Source of the DNA: a virus
Taxonomy: Duplodnaviria; Caudoviricetes
IMG/VR virus record: IMGVR_UViG_3300048631_000217
Length of the DNA: 64,000 bases
Strand: one strand, 5' to 3'
Below the pieces are notes generated by a model. It did not search any database, was not told where the DNA came from, and was given only the letters and a program-made list of their open reading frames with translations. The position numbers and the translations under genes are program-made. Shown here piece after piece: positions 56,588-64,000 of the stretch (position 1 is its first letter; each line of letters opens with the position of its first letter).

Positions 56588-56943
56588 TGAAGATACTCCG
56601 TGTCGTATGTGATCGTGATAGGGTTGGTGGATTGCTGGTATTCATACATAACGTTCCACACATCCATGTAGAATCGTTCACGCCACTCGTCATCAACCGA
56701 CGATTTGAAATTGTCATAATCAATTCGGTCAACGTTCTCTTTGATCTTTCGAGACACGTAGTTACGATCCAAGAACACCCGGAAAGCGTAATCGGACCCT
56801 TCGTTGAACGAAACGGACTTAGGATCGACTTCGGGAAATGCCGCTTCGATATCCCCCTCGATCCGTGCCCGCACCAGTAGCCTTTCCGGGTTATCGTAAT
56901 CTTCTACGATAGACAGGAAAGAATTATTCATGAAAATCCACAT
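56551..56943 (-). CDS. Hypothetical protein
   Basis: MWIF...FLSIV...LLVRAR...DY.FR...IDYDNFK; own promoter. Confidence 0.7.
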   Translation of the reverse strand: MWIFMNNSFLSIVEDYDNPERLLVRARIEGDIEAAFPEVDPKSVSFNEGSDYAFRVFLDRNYVSRKIKENVDRIDYDNFKSSVDDEWRERFYMDVWNVMYEYQQSTNPITITYDTEYLQWLQDHAVSKTS

Positions 56944-57055
56944 AGAACACCTATACGTTTCTGCTTCTTACATATGACATATAGGTGTTCTGTGCGGTTT
57001 TGTCAAGGTTATTTAGACATATAGTATTCTAGAAAGGCGGTCTAATTTTTCTACT

Positions 57056-57286
57056 TCACGTCTTGCTGTTAAAGATAGCGGCCACCAGAACCGCTTGCCT
57101 GCGCCCGGTGCCCGCCTTGATCTTGCGACCCGTATCTACAATACGCCCCTGCCTTTTCAGACCAGCATAGCGAGCCGTCACGGTCGGGTATGAGTATTGA
57201 GGCAGACGTTTCAAGATCTCTTCGCTCGTGATACCCTCGCTTCCAGATGCGACAACGACCTTGTAGATTTCATCACTGACACACAT
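57056..57286 (-). CDS. Winged-helix-like DNA-binding protein
   Basis: GIT.EEI...TVTAR...L...G.IVD.G. Confidence 0.6.
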   Translation of the reverse strand: MCVSDEIYKVVVASGSEGITSEEILKRLPQYSYPTVTARYAGLKRQGRIVDTGRKIKAGTGRRQAVLVAAIFNSKT

Positions 57287-57288
57287 GG

Positions 57289-58482
57289 TTATAGGCCCCT
57301 TTCCGTAGACTTATAAAGGGGATTGGCGACAAGCCGCATACCCTTCTTTTCGATTTCTTCTTGTCCAGCAAAATACACCCTGCGGCATGTCAGGTGCATT
57401 TGTCTTGTGCAAGCCACCCCCATCACATCAGACGGTTTGACCAAGACGCGGAACATGACTCTATCGGTATTCTTGCCATACATCGACACGTCTTTTCCGA
57501 CAAAAATGTAAGGCGGGTTGTTTTCTTCTGTTGCCATATGTGCCTGATAGGTCAATTTTGACGAATGTACCGGGGATGTGAAAACCATCGGATCATCCGT
57601 TTTCTTGACATACTTGAACGTTTCGACATAGTATTCGTCGCCGATCATTTTCCAATGATCAGGCAGGGTTTCCCCGTCTTTCGAAGTGTATGAGAAAGGT
57701 GCATCGTCACGCGGAAACACCAATATCTTGCCGTCTTTCTGGGTCTTGAAATATCGGTAATCGCCCGTCTTGTCAAGTCTTGCGATCAGCACATCGGAAG
57801 ATATGTCAATCGGTTCGTTATCGCTGTAACAAGCGTATTCGAAATCTTCGGCGTTGGTCAACACATCCAAGACGTTTTCAAGACTGTATTCCTTGTCTTC
57901 TGTCATAAGACGGATCTTCTTTCCGTAGAACCCGCCGATACTTTCTTCCAACTCTGTCCAAGATTTCGGAATACCCCGTAGCGCCACCGCAATCCCGATC
58001 TTCATCAACTCTGCTTTGGGGATATGATAACCCTTCTTGCGATACTTGTTTGTTCGCACAAGGCTGGCAAAGGGGTACTTCGTTCCGGGGTTGAAATGAA
58101 TGACACGCGCCGCGTTGTCTTTCCAGAAATCATCCCCATAGACGAATTGATACGTATCCATATCATACGCGCCCATACACACCGAGAAGTCGAACGACTC
58201 GAAAATCTTGTCGCTTGTGTCATAGTATGTGTCAATGACGACTTGCGCAATCGCCCGCGCACCTTCATTGTCATGGACTTTGTATAACAGATAGGTCAGC
58301 GCCTTGTCGCTGATATTGATCAACTCACCCTCACTACCCAAGATATCTATGGCTGAGTACAGCCCTTCGACATGCTTCGGATAGATGTCGTAATCGGCAA
58401 TGGGTTGCTTGGTCATACGCGACCTGACAGCACCCCCGGCTAACCAACACCCCGGAATATCAACTTCAAAACAACTAGCCAT
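57289..58482 (-). CDS. Nucleotidyltransferase (poly(A) pol/CCA head-like domain)
   Basis: LAGGAVR...DYDIY...FDFSVC. Confidence 0.75.
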   Translation of the reverse strand: MASCFEVDIPGCWLAGGAVRSRMTKQPIADYDIYPKHVEGLYSAIDILGSEGELINISDKALTYLLYKVHDNEGARAIAQVVIDTYYDTSDKIFESFDFSVCMGAYDMDTYQFVYGDDFWKDNAARVIHFNPGTKYPFASLVRTNKYRKKGYHIPKAELMKIGIAVALRGIPKSWTELEESIGGFYGKKIRLMTEDKEYSLENVLDVLTNAEDFEYACYSDNEPIDISSDVLIARLDKTGDYRYFKTQKDGKILVFPRDDAPFSYTSKDGETLPDHWKMIGDEYYVETFKYVKKTDDPMVFTSPVHSSKLTYQAHMATEENNPPYIFVGKDVSMYGKNTDRVMFRVLVKPSDVMGVACTRQMHLTCRRVYFAGQEEIEKKGMRLVANPLYKSTERGL

Positions 58483-58744
58483 TCACACACCTCGCATTCA
58501 ATATTTCATTGTACAATTCATGTTTCACTGTGTCGTTGCCCGACTCCCTGAGCAAACGTAACAACAATTCTCTATCAGATTCTTTCAGAAGAATGTAGCC
58601 TAGATCACGATCCACTTGCAACATTTCCAAGAATTCGATATGATGATGCTGGTTTCGCTTGAAACAGTATTCGATGACTGTGTACCAGTCATCCGAGTCT
58701 TCACACTCTTTATTGATCGTTTTGAGAATATCAAGAATGTCCAT
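58475..58744 (-). CDS. Hypothetical protein
   Basis: In-operon ORF. Confidence 0.6.
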   Translation of the reverse strand: MDILDILKTINKECEDSDDWYTVIEYCFKRNQHHHIEFLEMLQVDRDLGYILLKESDRELLLRLLRESGNDTVKHELYNEILNARCVNG

Positions 58745-58748
58745 AGCT

Positions 58749-59237
58749 TCAGAGAATCTTCATGTAACGTGCGTTGATTTCGACAATCACATCTTCGATA
58801 TCGGTAACATAGGGAATATCGTAGTATTCACAAAACATCACGACATTGCCATACCGCTCGTAACCCGGATTGACGCATACAATCGTATCCTCAGACGACG
58901 CATAGGCACCTAGTTCAAGCAAGGTAATCGGTGAAATTGTGTCTGGTGCGAAGTAGTATACCATGAAATCGGCATTCTCCTGCGCATCCATTTCCCATGT
59001 TACCTGATCGTAGAAGGGATTCCCCTTCTCGGGAATCTGTTCCCAAGAGGAATCCCAATCATCGCGCCGGGGGTTTAGAACCTCTAGGTTATCCGGCCAC
59101 CCACTTAACCGTTCGATGACGTAATCCTGCCATCTTTCTGCCTTGCCCATTTCTATAGAACCGCCAAGGAACACCTTTAACTCAGCATTGCTTGGCTGAT
59201 AGATCGGAGATTCGGCGCTAGGTTTCTTGACTAACAT
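58749..59237 (-). CDS. Nucleoside 2-deoxyribosyltransferase-like protein
   Basis: VFLGGSI...WQ...NPRR..W...QV.WE...SPITLLELG. Confidence 0.85.
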   Translation of the reverse strand: MLVKKPSAESPIYQPSNAELKVFLGGSIEMGKAERWQDYVIERLSGWPDNLEVLNPRRDDWDSSWEQIPEKGNPFYDQVTWEMDAQENADFMVYYFAPDTISPITLLELGAYASSEDTIVCVNPGYERYGNVVMFCEYYDIPYVTDIEDVIVEINARYMKIL

Positions 59238-59280
59238 ACAGGTTTCCTTTCATTCGATAACCTTTCTGACAAATCTTTGG

Positions 59281-59310
59281 GAAAGAGGGGTAGCGGCTTA
59301 CGCCGCTACC
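59281..59310 (-). terminator. Hairpin terminator with DUF932 stop in loop
   Basis: GGTAGCGGC-GTAA-GCCGCTACC then pyrimidine run. Confidence 0.55.
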
Positions 59311-60287
59311 TTGCGTTCAATATCAGGCGACTTGGCGGCATATTCGACCGCCTTTTGCAGCGCCTTGTACTTGAGGTTCAGGTTAGGGCCATACCACGCC
59401 GATTGCAAGCGGGTATCGGGGCGGTAGCCCATGACGTGATCGGTCATGTAGGTGATAGCGTTGAACGCCGTCCACCATGTTCCTTGGGCATATTCGGCCC
59501 CCGGTTGCACGTCGATTGCCGCCATAGCCGCCTTGCCGTTCCGAGAAAGTTCTTTCTCGTCTTTCTTGTCGCGCCCGAGCAATTCGCCGAAATACTCTTC
59601 CATGACAGACCGTTCGGCCTTACGCGACCCGATGAACGATGCCATTTCCTTGTATTGCGACATTTTCAGGCTGGCGATGTTCAGCATGTCCGTCACCTTT
59701 TCGGCATCGAACACCGTCCGGTGATCCATCTTGACCGCCTGAGCCGCCGCCTTCGATTGGGCCAGAACCAGCGTGTTATTGCAGACCACCCGGATAGGCG
59801 TGAATCGCACGTCGATCCCTTTACCGTATTGGTGCGGATTCGTGAACAGAAGGTTGCCTTCGACTACATCCCCACCGAACAATTCGAATTTGTCGGTCAG
59901 TTTGGCCATGGCCCACACGACTTCCCCACCTTTCAGAGAACCCGCCGTGTGCATCTGCATGTTACCGGCTTCGACAAACTTCGTGAAGAAATCGAATGCG
60001 TCTTCGTTCTGGACGGGATACCAGCGGCGTCCCACGGTCGTCAGAAGCTTCCCGTCAGATTCCCGAACAAGGGCCTTCATATCCGTGGCGATTTTGGTCC
60101 GTTCGCCGTTGATGAACGTCTCTGCAAAAGTCGGCACCAGCTTGACGCGCCAGTCAAGCCCCGCCGCCTGCATGATCTCTTGCGGCGACAGATCGGCAGG
60201 CACTTCCGTCCCGAGTCCATGCCAAGGGACTTCACCAACATAAGCCATCTGCGCCTTGCCATTTACCATTTCAAGTTCATGTGACAT
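59298..60287 (-). CDS. DUF932/DUF945 family protein
   Basis: PWHGLG, AGLDW.V, PVQN..AF.FF, TAGSL.GG, TPIRVVCNNTL; promoter TTGACG(60341)-17-TATATT. Confidence 0.88.
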   Translation of the reverse strand: MSHELEMVNGKAQMAYVGEVPWHGLGTEVPADLSPQEIMQAAGLDWRVKLVPTFAETFINGERTKIATDMKALVRESDGKLLTTVGRRWYPVQNEDAFDFFTKFVEAGNMQMHTAGSLKGGEVVWAMAKLTDKFELFGGDVVEGNLLFTNPHQYGKGIDVRFTPIRVVCNNTLVLAQSKAAAQAVKMDHRTVFDAEKVTDMLNIASLKMSQYKEMASFIGSRKAERSVMEEYFGELLGRDKKDEKELSRNGKAAMAAIDVQPGAEYAQGTWWTAFNAITYMTDHVMGYRPDTRLQSAWYGPNLNLKYKALQKAVEYAAKSPDIERKVAA

Positions 60288-60359
60288 AATTTGTCTCCCT
60301 CTCTATGATAGGAATATATGTCAGCCGTCATACCACGTCAAGACTTTTGTGGAAAAACT

Positions 60360-61175
60360 TCAGGTAAGGGTTCGGGTCACGTTCAGTCCCATGGTCGTAT
60401 ACCCCCTATCCATCAAGTCTTCGGCAAGACTGCGGTAATCATCGCGGTAGGCAGCAACCTTGGCGGGGTCATAGCCACGGTCCCGGCTCTCTTCGGATAC
60501 CCATGCTGCATAAGCGGCCTTGTAGCGACGGATTAACTCGTCATCATCTTCCGAGTCGTTTTCCTCTTCATGTAATGCCCGAGATACGTTATGATGTAGG
60601 TCTTGCAACGTCCCGTGGTTGTAAAAGACTTTATCAAACTCGCCAATATCGCGAATCCAACGCCATTCGCTTTCGTGTACATGGGCGAGAGTGCTATCGG
60701 GTAGTTTTCCAGAATTAACATCCACGGCGATATCATACCATGCGATATCTTGTCTGAATACAGCCCATAACTGCCCCCCGGCCATTTGAATGATATCTTG
60801 CTCGTTTCGAAACCGGCAATCGGCAATGACATAGTTCTTATCAGGGTTCCCGAGAATCTTTTTCGCGACGATATGCACCCACACATCTTCATGAAATCCC
60901 CGGCGCATACATTCCGTGCCAAAAATCTGCAAGACGTATCGCGGGGTAATATCCTTACCCAACGCCTTTGACCAATACGGATCGGGTTGTTCCCGCCATT
61001 CCCGAGATTCTATCGTATCCCCTTCCAACAAGTGACGCGGCCAATCGAACAAGATGGCAACAGTATCCTTCAACTTGTCGGCGAATGAAATCTTTTCGAA
61101 ATCGTGATATTCTATCAAGTAATCCGCAATGGTTCCCTTGCCGCTACCGATCTGCCCACATAAACCAATAATCAT
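60360..61175 (-). CDS. gp1: Deoxynucleoside monophosphate kinase (gp1-like) with C-terminal extension
   Basis: IIGLCG..GSGK.T, SFAD.LK, TPR.VLQ..GTE, D.RF.NE, H.SE. Confidence 0.88.
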   Translation of the reverse strand: MIIGLCGQIGSGKGTIADYLIEYHDFEKISFADKLKDTVAILFDWPRHLLEGDTIESREWREQPDPYWSKALGKDITPRYVLQIFGTECMRRGFHEDVWVHIVAKKILGNPDKNYVIADCRFRNEQDIIQMAGGQLWAVFRQDIAWYDIAVDVNSGKLPDSTLAHVHESEWRWIRDIGEFDKVFYNHGTLQDLHHNVSRALHEEENDSEDDDELIRRYKAAYAAWVSEESRDRGYDPAKVAAYRDDYRSLAEDLMDRGYTTMGLNVTRTLT

Positions 61176-61645
61176 TCTACCCCCTTCCAAGTTCTTCGAT
61201 CTACAACATCCCTAATTGTCCTAGGTGTAACCCCATAAAGATCTGCCAATTCAGTATGTAACAAACCTTCTTCTCTACCTTTCCGAATCTTTCTTACAAC
61301 ATCTTCGTTCAACTTTCGGCCACTTATATAGCCTTCGGCGTTCAATACATCTTGGGCATTTTCGGAAAGTGTTCCGATTTGCAGATTGTCTTCATGGCAG
61401 TTTTCGCGATTGCCGTCAAGGTGTCTGACAAGCAATCCCTTCGGACAGGGGCCGTGAAATGCCTCGGATACCAGCTTGTGCAGGCGCTTGTAATACTTTT
61501 TCCCGTTCTTGTTGAGCGATAATCTCAGGTAGCCGTTATTGTCCTTGGACAATGCCATGATGTGTCCCTTGGCATTCCTAACCCGTCCTCGGTTCGATAC
61601 CTGATATAACCCCTCAAACCCGACCACACATAACCATATCTCCAT
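61172..61645 (-). CDS. NUMOD4-HNH homing endonuclease
   Basis: EIW...GFEGLYQVSNRGRVR; HKLV..AF, HLDGN..N....NL. Confidence 0.9.
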   Translation of the reverse strand: MEIWLCVVGFEGLYQVSNRGRVRNAKGHIMALSKDNNGYLRLSLNKNGKKYYKRLHKLVSEAFHGPCPKGLLVRHLDGNRENCHEDNLQIGTLSENAQDVLNAEGYISGRKLNEDVVRKIRKGREEGLLHTELADLYGVTPRTIRDVVDRRTWKGVE

Positions 61646-61648
61646 CCC

Positions 61649-62068
61649 TTATTTCTGCACCACCAAAGCGCCATCAAGCCACGGAACAACTTCGATCACA
61701 ACACCGTACATCGTAGATTGAGCCTGCATCGGCTGAAGTTCCATGACATCAATTTTTTGGTCATACATGACTTCTTGAAGCTGTTTCGCGCCGATCATTA
61801 TTTTGAGATCTTCCCTTTTGCAACGATACTCCCTCATAGCCATGTCAATCTGGTAATTGATGCCAAGAATGATGCTTCTTACGTGTTTTTCGTTTATCTC
61901 ATATGTCTGCATGAACGATGATTCCTCGACCGCACCAAGGCGTTTCAATATCCTCAGCAGGAAATCACAAAACTTGCGGTATCTCTTCGGTCGATAATCA
62001 TAACGTGACTTGTGGTATACTTGCCTTTTGTCAAATTGTACAATCTTTACCGGAATGTTCTTGTACAT
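61649..62068 (-). CDS. Hypothetical protein
   Basis: In-operon ORF. Confidence 0.6.
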   Translation of the reverse strand: MYKNIPVKIVQFDKRQVYHKSRYDYRPKRYRKFCDFLLRILKRLGAVEESSFMQTYEINEKHVRSIILGINYQIDMAMREYRCKREDLKIMIGAKQLQEVMYDQKIDVMELQPMQAQSTMYGVVIEVVPWLDGALVVQK

Positions 62069-62071
62069 CAG

Positions 62072-62590
62072 TCAAACCCTTTCATGAAAAATTGTGTCGG
62101 ATTTCTTCGCTCGGAACCTGTACCAAGCCGCATTGTCTTTGCCGGTGTGTTTCGAATTCTCTATCCACTTCACTCGACCTATTGAAACAATTTTGTCACA
62201 AAACGGCAGATAGTCCATGGCCTGTTTAGTGTGCATCCAATCAGCATCAAACAGGAGCCATGTCGGACAATGGTTCCGAAACCGTTCGATCATCGGATGT
62301 AACAAATGACGCGACCATGGCGGATTCGTGATTATGAAATCAGCAGATGGCAATTCTACAGTCAATGCGTCGGCGGTGTCAATATCTTCGTTTAAAGGTT
62401 CAATGTCTGATAACCAGACGCAAAGCGATCTGGTCAACCCGGTAATGTGGTTGACCAGACGACCATCCCCCGCACAAGGTTCGATGAATGAGAATTCATC
62501 CGGCAGATGCCGGATCAACGGTAAGACCGCCGGTCGCGGTGTCTGGTATAAATCGTTCTTACGTCTTTCAAAATTTGATCGCTTACCCAA
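62072..62590 (-). CDS. DNA amino-methyltransferase (probably N6-adenine)
   Basis: D.Y.TP, EPCAG.G, ITNPPW. Confidence 0.85.
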   Translation of the reverse strand: MGKRSNFERRKNDLYQTPRPAVLPLIRHLPDEFSFIEPCAGDGRLVNHITGLTRSLCVWLSDIEPLNEDIDTADALTVELPSADFIITNPPWSRHLLHPMIERFRNHCPTWLLFDADWMHTKQAMDYLPFCDKIVSIGRVKWIENSKHTGKDNAAWYRFRAKKSDTIFHERV

Positions 62591-62898
62591 TGCTCAATCT
62601 TCGTCCTCTCTAATAACCAACCGTGTTCTTCTGCATGTTTCAGGCATACCGCACATAGACATGCACATATTCCGAATTCTGCATAAGCATCCGTATCAGG
62701 CTTGATGTCAACCATATAAAGATGTTCTTCGCAGAAATAACCCTCACATGATAATCCGCCTTGTTCGCCAGCGTCACCACCACAAGCGAAGGCGAAACCA
62801 CGATGTATCATGATTTCGCATCCCGGATGTTCACATTTTGCCTCTACATTATAACCAGCTTCCTTACCGCTAGGTAAGATGTAACTACCATATCCCAT
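62515..62898 (-). CDS. Cys-rich hypothetical protein
   Basis: CEHPGC...RG....CGG...C.GYFC..H; 3' end overlaps the MTase start. Confidence 0.65.
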   Translation of the reverse strand: MGYGSYILPSGKEAGYNVEAKCEHPGCEIMIHRGFAFACGGDAGEQGGLSCEGYFCEEHLYMVDIKPDTDAYAEFGICACLCAVCLKHAEEHGWLLERTKIEHWVSDQILKDVRTIYTRHRDRRSYR

Positions 62899-62920
62899 CT
62901 GACAAACCTTTCTTTATAAG

Positions 62921-62943
62921 AAAGCGCCCGGAAACGGGCGCTT
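62921..62943 (-). terminator. Intrinsic terminator
   Basis: AAGCGCCCG-TTTC-CGGGCGCTT(T). Confidence 0.7.
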
Positions 62944-62953
62944 GGTGTAATAC

Positions 62954-63301
62954 TTACCGCAGATATTCGGGTCCGGTCCAGCGGATACTATATTCCCCGT
63001 AGATGTTGCCACGGGCGGCGTTCTTGGCCGGTGCGGCCCACGAAGCCGGTTTCAGGATATCGCCTTCCTTGAACTTACCATCATCTTTGGCGACGATGAA
63101 CGAATGGACACTGTTTTCTTTGATGACCTTGACATATTTCTTGCCGAAGGAGTAGGACAGACCTTTCACGAAATCCTGATACATCTTCTCTTGGACTTCG
63201 GATTTGCCGTCGCCTTTGGCAGTCAGAAGCTGATATTCATCATAATCGCGTTTGATGGCTTCGAGATACTGTTCAAGGGCTTTTTGGAGACGTTCGGTCA
63301 T
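62954..63301 (-). CDS. Conserved T4-like-phage hypothetical protein in promoter-leader cassette
   Basis: GKKY.KV...SVH.FI...GDILKPASW.APA..ARGN...W.GP.YL. Confidence 0.8.
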   Translation of the reverse strand: MTERLQKALEQYLEAIKRDYDEYQLLTAKGDGKSEVQEKMYQDFVKGLSYSFGKKYVKVIKENSVHSFIVAKDDGKFKEGDILKPASWAAPAKNAARGNIYGEYSIRWTGPEYLR

Positions 63302-63307
63302 TTCGAA

Positions 63308-63361
63308 TTCCTTTCCTATCGCTTACATGATTAATATAGGCGATAGGAAAGGGTTTGTCAA
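63308..63361 (-). promoter_or_regulatory. Early promoter plus conserved leader
   Basis: TTGACA-17-TATATT-AATCATGTAAGCGATAGGAAAGGAA. Confidence 0.85.
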
Positions 63362-63370
63362 GAGACTTTT

Positions 63371-63913
63371 TCAGAAATCTTCAAAGTCGATGATTCCTTT
63401 GATCAATGCCATAGCCTTTTCATACTTTTCCGAGAAACCTTCATCATCGAAAGCCTTCCGGCCTTTTTTGGATTCCCAATCCTCAAGAGTCATGGACCGG
63501 CATCCGATGTTGATCAGTTCGTCTTCAATCGTTACCGTGAAAGGGAACCCGGTGATCACGATGGGGGTCTTGGGCACGGGGCCTTGGACCAGAGCATTCG
63601 CCAAAACATGAGCCTCTCCGTAAACCCGAGCATTCTCGTAAACACGAGCATTCTCGTAAACACGAGCATCTCCGTAAACACGAGCATTCCCGTAAACCCA
63701 AGCATACCCGAAAACATGTGCATAACCGGAAACACGAGCATACCCGAAAACACGAGCCTGATCGGAAACCCGAGCATACCCGTAAACCCGAGCATCCGGC
63801 CCGACATAGGCGGTTTCGGCGACATACGCGGTGTCCGCGACCCACCCCCCGCCGTTCGGGTGTTGATGGGCCGGTACAGGGCCTTGGCCGTCTTCGAAGT
63901 CAAACATGGTCAT
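63371..63913 (-). CDS. Hexapeptide-repeat protein, long form, 12 hexads
   Basis: N-cap and C-terminal domain nearly identical to 15399..16166. Confidence 0.88.
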   Translation of the reverse strand: MTMFDFEDGQGPVPAHQHPNGGGWVADTAYVAETAYVGPDARVYGYARVSDQARVFGYARVSGYAHVFGYAWVYGNARVYGDARVYENARVYENARVYGEAHVLANALVQGPVPKTPIVITGFPFTVTIEDELINIGCRSMTLEDWESKKGRKAFDDEGFSEKYEKAMALIKGIIDFEDF

Positions 63914-64000
63914 TTCGGTTTCCTTTTCGGTTTTGCTACGTCATCCAGCGGATGCACGTTTCCATGCTTTTTTATACAGTTCAGGTTTCCCGCGCCGCTT

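Noticed and set aside
59277-60284. 335-aa + strand ORF
   Set aside because: Antisense shadow of the DUF932 gene; no recognisable motif
15399-63913. Diversity-generating retroelement as source of repeat variation
   Set aside because: No reverse transcriptase in the window, variation is not adenine-specific and includes repeat-number change; an RT elsewhere cannot be excluded

Overview
64 kb of a T4-like (myovirus) phage genome, most likely infecting an Alphaproteobacterium (inferred from its two-piece permuted tmRNA). It holds the virion module (receptor-binding/fibre genes, gp20, gp19, gp18, gp17 with a class 3 intein, gp16-13, baseplate gp8/7/6/25/5/27/53/48, gp4, gp2, gp54, gp26, gp51, tape-measure candidate), gp32/gp59/gp33, and an accessory region (tmRNA, Alt-like ADP-ribosyltransferase, nucleotide enzymes, HNH, MTase). 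Main signals: (1) five paralogous hexapeptide-repeat genes whose 18-nt repeats vary in number (12-25) and almost only at the three predicted outward-facing residues, four of them behind a shared promoter-leader unit; (2) a 294-bp-period duplicated non-coding element with perfect sigma70 promoters and GNA/GNNA mini-hairpins (candidate origin or ncRNA); (3) a permuted tmRNA with a long structured intervening segment; (4) a T-TTT-TTT -1 frameshift that would fuse gp26 to gp51. All protein calls come from motif recognition and synteny, not database searches.
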